From: Minisyncoccota bacterium
Lineage (GTDB): Bacteria > Patescibacteriota > Minisyncoccia > Phycocordibacterales > CALRHW01
Direction: 5' to 3'
Assembly (NCBI GenBank): GCA_046350795.1
Contig: JAXLZT010000001.1
Coordinates: 389,164 to 453,163 of the forward strand
Length of the DNA: 64,000 bases
The notes under the pieces are model-generated. The model had not been told where the DNA came from. It searched no databases and saw only the letters and a list, made by a program, of their open reading frames with translations. Each line of letters opens with the position of its first letter. Position 1 is the stretch's first letter. A program made the translations under genes and the position numbers. Of the stretch, positions 18,905 through 27,050 are shown piece by piece.

Positions 18905-18933
18905 TTGACTTTTTGTATATAGTATGCTATTAT
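18905..18933 (+). promoter_or_regulatory. sigma70-like promoter TTGACT-17-TATTAT
   Basis: Near-consensus -35/-10 with a 17-bp spacer, upstream of the GC-rich membrane-protein gene. SD AAAGGGGGG at 18986-18993. Confidence 0.45.
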
Positions 18934-18997
18934 TATATGGTAAACACAGTCACGGAAAGCTCATTCCCAACTTCAACTCAACAGAAAGGGGGGTCAC

Positions 18998-19645
18998 ATG
19001 ACTCTTCAACAAATCTTTGCCATGTCCTCGGCGGTTCTCATGGTCATTGGTTCGGTGTGGCAGGTGTATGTGGCGATTCGTTATCCAAAGAAGGTCAGAC
19101 CAACTCTCGCGAGCTGGATCATCTTCTCCACCACTTTGACGTTGTCGTTTGTCACGTACTGGACCACCAAGGAACGAAACCTGGTGTCCAACGCAGCAAA
19201 CGCATCGGCAATGGTGGGTGCGCTCATTGTGTTTCTCGGAGCGCTGGCGATGCACATTCGAAGTGGTAACAAGTTGGCGTTCTCGCGCTTCCAGAAGGGA
19301 AGTCTGACATGCGCCAGCTTGATCGCTCTCGTGTGGGTCGTGATGGTTTGGGGTTTGGGATATAGCGGCCTTGTGCCAAACATCCTTACCCAAGTACTCA
19401 TGATCATTGGTTATTGCGTCACGGCCGACAAGGTGTGGCGTGCGACGAGCACTTCGGAGTCCTTCTTCTTGTGGTGGTGCATTTTCGCCTCTAGTATGCT
19501 GGGACTTGTCCCAGCGTGCGCGAGACTCGACGCTCTTGCGATCTTGTATGCCACCAGAGCCACTGTCTGTACCGGTCTTCTCCTGATCCTTCTGTATCGG
19601 ATCAAGAGTCGGTCGTCGCAGGCAAGTCTGGTCACCGTGGTTTGA
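18998..19645 (+). CDS. GC-rich 6-TM membrane protein (215 aa), paralog of 45634..46194
   Basis: Hydrophobic multi-TM profile. Shares the ASWI...GAL(I/L)V...SES(F/W)(F/W)LW motifs with the island protein at 45.6 kb. The antisense ORF 18950..19654 was rejected. Confidence 0.5.
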   Translation: MTLQQIFAMSSAVLMVIGSVWQVYVAIRYPKKVRPTLASWIIFSTTLTLSFVTYWTTKERNLVSNAANASAMVGALIVFLGALAMHIRSGNKLAFSRFQKGSLTCASLIALVWVVMVWGLGYSGLVPNILTQVLMIIGYCVTADKVWRATSTSESFFLWWCIFASSMLGLVPACARLDALAILYATRATVCTGLLLILLYRIKSRSSQASLVTVV

Positions 19646-19704
19646 GGGCTCCACTCATGAGTTGGATGTAAGGTAGCGAGGTGGGTACCATAACTCCACC
19701 CAAA

Positions 19705-19746
19705 AGCTGCGCAAAGACGAAAGTCAGTGCGCAGTTTTCTTTTTTA
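19705..19746 (+). terminator. hairpin CTGCGCA...TGCGCAG followed by TTTTCTTTTTT
   Basis: 7-bp GC stem with a 14-nt loop. The tail overlaps the dnaE stop codon. Confidence 0.5.
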
Positions 19747-22700
19747 TAGAGCCTTTGCTTTCTCTGCTATCACGCTCACTGTGCCATTACGCATAGATAT
19801 TTTTCCTTTTATCGCAATACATTTTTCTGGTACAAAGAAATCTTTAAACTCCTGAAGCACGCGCGGAAAGACCACGCATTCTATGCTACCAGTGAGATCG
19901 CTGATTTTTAGGAAAAGCATTGAGTCACCCTTTTTAGTGACGATGTTTTTTGCTTCTTCGACGATACCACCAAAGACTACAGGCATTCCTTCTTTCGCTT
20001 CCTCACATATTTTTTTTATACTTGAGTCTTTGCCGGAAAGTTTTTCTGCAAATTTATCGAGTGGGTGACCAGAAATATACAAACCGAGTAATTCTTTTTC
20101 CCAGGTGAGTTTTTCGGCTGATGTGGCTGGAGACGCTGGCTCAAGTCGTAATGTCGGCACAGTAGATGTATCTGTCATGAGACCAAAAAGTGAACTTTGA
20201 TTGTCACCATTTTTATTTTTTTCTTTGTTGTAAGTTAAAAGATTTTCAAGGTTTGATAGCATTAGGCCTCTTTCTCCAAATTCATCCATCGCTCCGGCTT
20301 TTATAAGAGCTTCAAGAGATTTTTTATTTAAATTTTTATCTTTTATTCTGTCGAGAAAATCTGCAAGGGATTTAAATTTTCCTCCACGTTTTCTCTCGTC
20401 GATAATGGAAGTAGCGATACCTTCACCAAAATTTTTTATTGTTGTAAGTCCAAAACGAATTTTGTCGCCACCTTCTGTAATGCCTTTTCCCACACCACCC
20501 CTGTTGCTCACCGTAGTAAATCCTTCAAAACTTTCGTTTATATTTGGTGCGAGCACAGGTATGTTCATACGTTTACACTCTGCAATGATTTCGGCTATTT
20601 TTTCTACATCTCCAGAATCTGCCGTAAGCACAGCTGTCATGTAGATAGCAGGGAAATTGGCTTTCATATATGCAGTTTGATATGCCACCTTGCCATAGCT
20701 GGCAGCGTGAGCTTTGTTGAATCCATACGCAGCAAAAGGCTCAATGAGTTTCCAGAGTTGATCTGCCTTTTCTTTTGAAAGACCGTTTTTTACTAGACCT
20801 TCGAGAAGCTTGCCTTTTTGTGCCTCCATTTCTGCTGGGATTTTTTTACCCATAGCTTTTCGGAGTTTGTCTGCTTCTAGCCAAGAGTATCCGCCCAGAT
20901 GTATCGCCGTGAGCATGACGTCGTCTTGGTATGTGATGACTCCATATGATTGACTCAAAATATCTTTTAGTCGCGGATCTAGAAAAGTGACGAGTTGTGG
21001 ATTGTGCTTGCGTTCTATGTATTGAGGAATGGATTCCATCGGACCTGGACGGTAGAGTGCCACCATCGCATTGATATCAAAAATAGAAGAAGGTTTGAGT
21101 TCTTTTAGAAAACGAGTCATGCCTGTGCCGTTGAGTTGAAAGAGACCAGTCGTCTCACCACGCGCAAGCATTTCAAAAGTTTTTTTGTCATCTATCGGTA
21201 TATTTTCAATATCAATTTCTATTCCGTCTATTTTTTTTACTATAGATACAGCGTCGGCAAGAATAGAAAGATTTTTTATCCCAAGAAAGTCAAATTTGAG
21301 TAGACCGGCATCTTCTACCGCATGCATGTCGTACTGGGTGATGATTTTGTTTTCTCCTTTTGTATCGTATTGCAGTGGCACAAAATCAATAAGTGGATCT
21401 GGAGAAATCACAACACCAGCAGCGTGCACAGAAATGTGTCGGGCTGCTCCCTCAATCTTTTTTGCCATGTCTATGATCTGTGTCACCTCTTTTTCTTCTT
21501 TGTACATTTTTTTTAGTTCGGGTACTTCTTTGAGTGCTCGGTCTATGGTCATAGGAAAACCCTGTGCGCCCATAGGAATGAGTTTGGCTATGCGATCACC
21601 GAGGCCGTATCCGAGGCCGAGAGCGCGGGTGACGTCACGCACAGATCCGCGAGCCGCCATCGTACCGAACGTACCGATTTGAGCTACTTTGTCGGCACCG
21701 TATTTTTGTTTTGCGTATTCTATTACTTCGTCGCGACGGTTGTCAGCATAGTCCATGTCGATATCGGGCGCGGATGGACGCTCAGGATTGAGGAAGCGTT
21801 CAAAGGGGAGTTTGTAGGCAAGTGGATCTACGTTTGTGATGCGGGCGAGGTACGTAGTAAGCGAGCCCGCCACAGATCCTCTGATTGTTGTGAGTATTTT
21901 GTTTTCATGAGCAAAGCGAAGTAAGTCTCCCACCACGAGAAAGTAAGGAGCATATCCTTTGTCACGTATTACTTTAAGCTCATATTCAAGTCGGTCGATG
22001 GCTTCGGGACTTTTTTCCATTTTTCGTATAGCAAAACCCTCATATGCAATGCGTCGTAGCTCATCATCATATGACAGACCACTTTCTACTATAAATTTTG
22101 GAAACACCCATTTACCTAGCTCAAGCCCCAGATTGCACATATCGGCTACTTTCTGTGTATTTTCTATTGCGTCCGGCAAATTTTTAAAATATTTCAGCGC
22201 TTTTTTTTCATCAATAAAAGAAAAATCTTCTTCTGAATCCTCGAGAGCGCGATCACTCCAATCACTGTTGGTCTGTATAGACATGAGAGTCTTGCGTGCG
22301 AGCCGATCTTTTTCACTGAGATAATAAACGTCGTGGGCAGCAACTATTTGTGTGTTGGTTTCGCGGGCCAGAGAGACGAGTGCGTCCATTTTTTCTTGAT
22401 GATTTGGAATTTCTGGATGATGACTGATTTCTATAAAAAAATTTTCTGCATCGTATATTTTTTTATACCAAGAAATAAGTTCGCGAGCCTGATCTAGGTT
22501 ACGATTTTTTACAGCCATAGCTATGTCTCCAGAAAAAGAAGGAGAAATACACACCAGTCCTTCACGATGTAGTTCAAGAAGCTCTTTGTCTACGCGTGGT
22601 TTGTAATAAAAGCCTTCTAGGTGAGCTGAGGTGACGAGCTTTATAAGATTTTTATAACCAGTTTCATTTTTTGCTAATAGAATGAGTCGAAAGCGAGAAT

Positions 22701-22950
22701 TGTCGATACCACTTTGTTTATCATGCCGAGTACGCACAGCTAAATATGCATCTATGCCGATGATGGGTTTGATGCCTGCTTTTTTACATTCTTTATAAAA
22801 CTCAATCGCACCGTAAAGATTGCAATTGTCGGTGAGGGCTAGCGCCGTCATGCCTGCTTCTTTTGCTACTTCTACAAGCTCGTCTATTTTAGGTAGAGCG
22901 TTGAGCAAACTATAGTGGCTATGTGTGTGAAGGTGTATAAATTTGCTCAT
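19744..22950 (-). CDS. dnaE: DNA polymerase III alpha subunit
   Basis: N-terminal PHP domain (HLHTHSHYSLL), polymerase core and C-terminal OB fold. Confidence 0.9.
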   Translation of the reverse strand: MSKFIHLHTHSHYSLLNALPKIDELVEVAKEAGMTALALTDNCNLYGAIEFYKECKKAGIKPIIGIDAYLAVRTRHDKQSGIDNSRFRLILLAKNETGYKNLIKLVTSAHLEGFYYKPRVDKELLELHREGLVCISPSFSGDIAMAVKNRNLDQARELISWYKKIYDAENFFIEISHHPEIPNHQEKMDALVSLARETNTQIVAAHDVYYLSEKDRLARKTLMSIQTNSDWSDRALEDSEEDFSFIDEKKALKYFKNLPDAIENTQKVADMCNLGLELGKWVFPKFIVESGLSYDDELRRIAYEGFAIRKMEKSPEAIDRLEYELKVIRDKGYAPYFLVVGDLLRFAHENKILTTIRGSVAGSLTTYLARITNVDPLAYKLPFERFLNPERPSAPDIDMDYADNRRDEVIEYAKQKYGADKVAQIGTFGTMAARGSVRDVTRALGLGYGLGDRIAKLIPMGAQGFPMTIDRALKEVPELKKMYKEEKEVTQIIDMAKKIEGAARHISVHAAGVVISPDPLIDFVPLQYDTKGENKIITQYDMHAVEDAGLLKFDFLGIKNLSILADAVSIVKKIDGIEIDIENIPIDDKKTFEMLARGETTGLFQLNGTGMTRFLKELKPSSIFDINAMVALYRPGPMESIPQYIERKHNPQLVTFLDPRLKDILSQSYGVITYQDDVMLTAIHLGGYSWLEADKLRKAMGKKIPAEMEAQKGKLLEGLVKNGLSKEKADQLWKLIEPFAAYGFNKAHAASYGKVAYQTAYMKANFPAIYMTAVLTADSGDVEKIAEIIAECKRMNIPVLAPNINESFEGFTTVSNRGGVGKGITEGGDKIRFGLTTIKNFGEGIATSIIDERKRGGKFKSLADFLDRIKDKNLNKKSLEALIKAGAMDEFGERGLMLSNLENLLTYNKEKNKNGDNQSSLFGLMTDTSTVPTLRLEPASPATSAEKLTWEKELLGLYISGHPLDKFAEKLSGKDSSIKKICEEAKEGMPVVFGGIVEEAKNIVTKKGDSMLFLKISDLTGSIECVVFPRVLQEFKDFFVPEKCIAIKGKISMRNGTVSVIAEKAKAL

Positions 22951-22977
22951 AATCTATTGTGATAGAATTATAACAAA

Positions 22978-23574
22978 ATGAAGAGTAAGTATCGATATAT
23001 TGTCGGAGTGGATGAGGTGGGGCGTGGACCTGTTGCTGGACCAGTGACGGTGGGTGCAGTGTGTGTTTCTGTGGATTTTGACATGAGTTTTTTGAAAGGT
23101 ATAAAAGATTCTAAAAAACTGTCTGCGCAAAAGAGGCGAGAGTGGAAAGAAAAAGTAAAAGAATTTCAAGAAAACGGTAATCTGGTGTGTGTAGTATCTT
23201 CTGTCGGTCCATTTACTATAGATCGTATTGGCATTAGTCGAGCGATAGCGCGTGCGATAAAACAATCCTTGTCACGCATCGGTGTGCGTCCCGATGAATG
23301 CATGGTACTTCTCGATGGAGGACTAAAGGCTCCTTGGGAATATTTTTTTCAAAAGACGATTATAAAAGGGGACGAAAAAGAGCCGGTAATAGCACTAGCT
23401 TCTATTTTTGCAAAAATTCACCGCGATACAAAAATGGAAAGACTTGCACAGCAGTATAAAAAATACGGTTTTGAAGAGCATAAAGGATATGGTACAGCAG
23501 ATCATATGAAGCAGATTAGAAAACATGGGTTGTCCAAGATTCACCGCAGAAGTTTTTTGAAGAATATAAAATAA
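22978..23574 (+). CDS. rnhB: ribonuclease HII
   Basis: GVDEVGRGPVAGPV active-site motif. Confidence 0.85.
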   Translation: MKSKYRYIVGVDEVGRGPVAGPVTVGAVCVSVDFDMSFLKGIKDSKKLSAQKRREWKEKVKEFQENGNLVCVVSSVGPFTIDRIGISRAIARAIKQSLSRIGVRPDECMVLLDGGLKAPWEYFFQKTIIKGDEKEPVIALASIFAKIHRDTKMERLAQQYKKYGFEEHKGYGTADHMKQIRKHGLSKIHRRSFLKNIK

Positions 23575-23586
23575 AAAAAAGAAAAA

Positions 23587-23612
23587 GGGGCCGCGTCGCA
23601 TGACGCGGCCCC
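23587..23612. terminator. perfect GC hairpin GGGGCCGCGTC-GCATG-ACGCGGCCCC, bidirectional
   Basis: Flanked by A-run on the plus side and, on the minus strand, by the CTTTTTCTTTTTTTT tail. Confidence 0.5.
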
Positions 23613-23649
23613 TTAGAGCTTACCCCACTCACACCCGACCGATCACTAC

Positions 23650-24375
23650 TCACTTGGCGATAGCCAGGGTCAGATCTGGGTGCGGCTCATAGCCCAAAGG
23701 CGTTGGAGCATCATCACGTAGTCCGCAGACCACGGATATGAGCTGTACGGCATTGTCCCGGCCCACCTTGACTGTGCTACTTGGTGCCGGCGTGTACCCC
23801 TCCCCGAGCTCAAAGCCGACCGCTTTGATGAGCTCGATGTACGGCACCCCAAGCGTGTCATCTTCAGCACCACAGTTGGGCGAGAAGTCTTCGATCAACT
23901 GTGGAAACACCAGAGTGTCTAGGATTTGCTCCATTTTGGCAAAGAACGCAAGGCTGAGCAGGCCAATCCTCGATCCACAGCAACTTGGCTTGTGCGAGAA
24001 CATGTCATCGACTCGTCGACTGTATCCATCGATGAGTGCTGCATAGTGGCGATCGAAGATGCCGTTGCCACCAGATATATTCCAATAGCCAAGGAGATGA
24101 TCAATGCTTTTTGTGTGTCCTGTTCGGTCAATGTACCGTTGCATGATCTCACGCGCTTCTGGATGGCGTAGGTGCTTTGCCGTCTTATCCATCCAGACCT
24201 GATGCTTGCCTCTCATGAACAGGGCTCGGTGGATACCGGCCACCCTTTTGAGACCCAGAACCTTCTCTTCTCCGTAGCAACGAAGTGCAGACTCGATCGC
24301 CCGGCTGAACTTGGGGCTCATTTCTCCCAGTAGTGCTCGTGCCTCCACTTGCCCAGCTTCTTCTTGCGTCATCAT
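23650..24375 (-). CDS. GC-rich soluble hypothetical protein (241 aa)
   Basis: Long ORF with SD GAAAGG. No recognisable motif. Confidence 0.5.
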   Translation of the reverse strand: MMTQEEAGQVEARALLGEMSPKFSRAIESALRCYGEEKVLGLKRVAGIHRALFMRGKHQVWMDKTAKHLRHPEAREIMQRYIDRTGHTKSIDHLLGYWNISGGNGIFDRHYAALIDGYSRRVDDMFSHKPSCCGSRIGLLSLAFFAKMEQILDTLVFPQLIEDFSPNCGAEDDTLGVPYIELIKAVGFELGEGYTPAPSSTVKVGRDNAVQLISVVCGLRDDAPTPLGYEPHPDLTLAIAK

Positions 24376-24390
24376 TGTCTTTGCCTTTCT

Positions 24391-24406
24391 ACCGTGCTTG
24401 CACGGT
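24391..24406. promoter_or_regulatory. palindrome ACCGTGC-TT-GCACGGT in the 5'UTR of the 241-aa gene
   Basis: Perfect 7-bp arms located 16-30 nt upstream of the start codon. Confidence 0.3.
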
Positions 24407-24577
24407 GTGAAGTGATTGTCTCAACGAACAGTCAGGATAGTAGCTAGTCACACGACTGGCCACTTCATATTTATTTCTGTCCAAAATAATGACATACAAA
24501 ACGCATTTAAGCAAGTCTAAATGGGCGCGTATCAATACCGTTGCCTTTTTTCTATAATTGTATATAATCTTTTTCAT

Positions 24578-24790
24578 ATGGTTGTAAGAATGCGAAGCAC
24601 ACGATCCCATACGGGCAATCGCCGATCTCATCATGCGCTAAAGATGAAGTCTCTTTCAAAATGCGCAAAGTGCGGTACTCCTACTATGGGACACCGAGCT
24701 TGTATCAACTGTGGTTCATACAAGGGACGGACAGTGATAGACAGACTTGCAAAAGTTACTAAAACAGCAAAAAAGAAAGAAAAAAAATAA
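24578..24790 (+). CDS. rpmF: ribosomal protein L32
   Basis: RRSHHALK...CAKCG...HRACINCGSYKGR zinc-ribbon pattern. Start moved to internal MVVRMRS. TATAAT at about 24564. Confidence 0.7.
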   Translation: MVVRMRSTRSHTGNRRSHHALKMKSLSKCAKCGTPTMGHRACINCGSYKGRTVIDRLAKVTKTAKKKEKK

Positions 24791-24839
24791 ATGGGCGAGT
24801 GCGGTGCGGGGCGAAGAAAGTTCTTAAAACAAAAAAATA

Positions 24840-25742
24840 ATGGCAAATAGGCATCTATCGAGATCAATAGTCACACAATCACTCTTTGAATGGGACTTCA
24901 ATAAAAAGAGCGATAAAGAAGCTATGGAAATCTTTTCTCGTAATGCCAAGGAATTCGCTCCTGGCATGGGCGATTTTTCTTTTATGGAAAATTTGATGAA
25001 AAATGTCGTTGATAAAAGAAAAGACCTAGATGTGATCATTGAAAAAGCAGCACCTGATTGGCCGATAGACAAGATCTCTATTATCGACCGAAATATTTTG
25101 CGCATCGGCCTATACGAGTTACTTTTTTCAGACAGAAAGGAAGTGCCTCCAAAGGTGGCAATAAACGAAGCGATAGAGCTAGCAAAAACATTTGGTGGCG
25201 AGACTAGTGGTAAATTTGTAAACGGAGTACTTGGTGCTGTCTACAAAGAAATGGGTGAGCCTGGTAAAGAAGAGACATCAAAGCGCAAGCGACATCCAGA
25301 TATTCCAGATGATCAGGCTCCGATAGAAAAACTCGGTGGCGCTGTGGTATATGCAAAAGATGGCGAAGATATTTATCTAGCATTGGTACACGATGTGTTC
25401 GGTCATTGGACTCTATCAAAGGGGCATCTTGAAGAGGGTGAAGAAGACGATGCTGGTATAAAGAGGGTAATAAAAGATGAGCTTGGTTTAAAAATAAAAG
25501 TAGGACAGGAGCTGGGACATAATGGCTATATTGCTTTTGATCCAGAAAAGGGAAAGATAAAAAAGCAGGTACATTATTATTTGGCTGAATCAAAATACGA
25601 AGATATCAAACTAAAAGAAAGTGGTGGACTAGATGACGTGCGTTGGTTTAAACTCGCTGATATCCTTGACCTTAATTTTTATAATGATATTCTGCCGATT
25701 GTAACCAAGGCAATAAACATCCTCCTAGAAAAGGCAAAATAA
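24840..25742 (+). CDS. nusB: NusB antitermination factor fused to a C-terminal NUDIX-fold domain
   Basis: N-terminal 140 aa NusB-like (NILRIGLYELLF...ELAKTFGGE...FVNGVLG). C-terminal 150 aa with a Nudix-box-like GHLEEGEEDDAGIKRVIKDELGL. Confidence 0.7.
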   Translation: MANRHLSRSIVTQSLFEWDFNKKSDKEAMEIFSRNAKEFAPGMGDFSFMENLMKNVVDKRKDLDVIIEKAAPDWPIDKISIIDRNILRIGLYELLFSDRKEVPPKVAINEAIELAKTFGGETSGKFVNGVLGAVYKEMGEPGKEETSKRKRHPDIPDDQAPIEKLGGAVVYAKDGEDIYLALVHDVFGHWTLSKGHLEEGEEDDAGIKRVIKDELGLKIKVGQELGHNGYIAFDPEKGKIKKQVHYYLAESKYEDIKLKESGGLDDVRWFKLADILDLNFYNDILPIVTKAINILLEKAK

Positions 25743-25759
25743 TGCTTTGATACGTAAAT

Positions 25760-26452
25760 ATGGCTATAGACTTCTCAAAATTTGAAGAAAAAGCTGGAGT
25801 AAAATTTAACGATAAAAACCTGCTAAAACAGGCTTTTGTTCATCGTTCATATATAAATGAAAACAAAGAATCAGGATTAGAGCACAATGAGCGACTCGAG
25901 TTTCTTGGAGACGCTGTGCTAGAGCTAGTGATCACTGATTATTTATACAAACAATATCCTGACAAAAATGAGGGTCAAATGACGAGCTACCGCTCTGCGC
26001 TAGTAAATGCTACGACTTGTGCGGAGGTAGCAACTGCTTTAGATATAAATGATTTTTTGCTTTTATCAAAAGGCGAAATGAAAGATACTGGCCGTGCTCG
26101 ACAATATATTTTGGCTAACACACTAGAGGCCATCATCGGTGCTATTTATTTAGATCAAGGATATGAAATTGCAAAAGAATTTATTTATAAAAACATTTCT
26201 CCACTTATTGATGGAATTATTTTAAAGGGAAGTTGGATAGATTCAAAAAGTTTATTTCAAGAAAAAGCACAAGAAATGGAAAGTGTTACTCCCGCGTATA
26301 AAACAATAAAAGAAACCGGACCAGATCATGATAAGAGATTTATGGTCGGTGTCTATTTAGGAAAAGAGCTTGTCGCTTCTGGAGAGGGGGAATCAAAACA
26401 AGATGCTGAGCAAGAAGCTGCTCGAAAAGGTCTTGAAAAGAGGGGATGGTAA
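25760..26452 (+). CDS. rnc: ribonuclease III
   Basis: ERLEFLGDAVLELVITDYLY signature plus C-terminal dsRBD. Confidence 0.9.
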   Translation: MAIDFSKFEEKAGVKFNDKNLLKQAFVHRSYINENKESGLEHNERLEFLGDAVLELVITDYLYKQYPDKNEGQMTSYRSALVNATTCAEVATALDINDFLLLSKGEMKDTGRARQYILANTLEAIIGAIYLDQGYEIAKEFIYKNISPLIDGIILKGSWIDSKSLFQEKAQEMESVTPAYKTIKETGPDHDKRFMVGVYLGKELVASGEGESKQDAEQEAARKGLEKRGW

Positions 26453-26460
26453 TATTTTAA

Positions 26461-26491
26461 AACCCTGCGCGCTTGGTAGCACGCAGGGTTC
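26461..26491 (+). terminator. hairpin CCCTGCG...CGCAGGG followed by a T-run
   Basis: Downstream of rnc; usable in both orientations. Confidence 0.45.
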
Positions 26492-26508
26492 AGGTTGTTT
26501 TTTGCTGT

Positions 26509-26916
26509 CTAGGTCATGCGATCTTCTTCGCCTTCTCTGGAGAAATGGAGATCGCTGGGAATCATGCCCCTTCTGATCACGTCCACCCAGTCAATGAACT
26601 CCTCTGTTCCGGCATACTTGCCGTTGACGTGCCTTTTCACGATGATGCCATTTCTTTCTGATCTGACGAAGCACCAGTTGGTGGGAAACGGAGCATCTCT
26701 TCGTGGTTCGACGATCACAGAGTCTCTTGTCGCGGTCTCAAAGAGACGCACGACCGCCTCTATGTCTCGATCATGCTTGTGGTCCGGAAGATTCGGGGGC
26801 TGGTCATCTGTGACCTTTGCCCGCTTTTCCCTTTTCTGCACAAAAAAGGTGATGAGTACCACGATTGCAGTCATCAGTGTGCCTGCACTCACGATGACGA
26901 TTTGTTCCTTGTGCAT
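26509..26916 (-). CDS. GC-rich small membrane-anchored protein (about 135 aa from the internal Met)
   Basis: SD AGGAGAA precedes the ATG at 26916. One TM helix (LMTAIVVLITFFV). Palindrome AGAGCA-CAA-TGCTCT at 26956-26970 and a TTGACT promoter at about 27004. Confidence 0.4.
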   Translation of the reverse strand: MHKEQIVIVSAGTLMTAIVVLITFFVQKREKRAKVTDDQPPNLPDHKHDRDIEAVVRLFETATRDSVIVEPRRDAPFPTNWCFVRSERNGIIVKRHVNGKYAGTEEFIDWVDVIRRGMIPSDLHFSREGEEDRMT

Positions 26917-27050
26917 ATGCTTCTCCTGATGAGTTGGTGTTGTGTACTTGTTTTTAGAGCACAATGCTCTTCCTAAACTATTTTTATAATAGATTTATAT
27001 ATAAGTCAAGTATTTTATACGCATTCAAATAATGCTAATCTTAGAAATAC

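Noticed and set aside
18950-19654. Minus-strand 234-aa ORF
   Set aside because: Low-complexity, R/G/S/P-rich translation antisense to a well-behaved hydrophobic membrane-protein ORF. It is a GC-content artefact.
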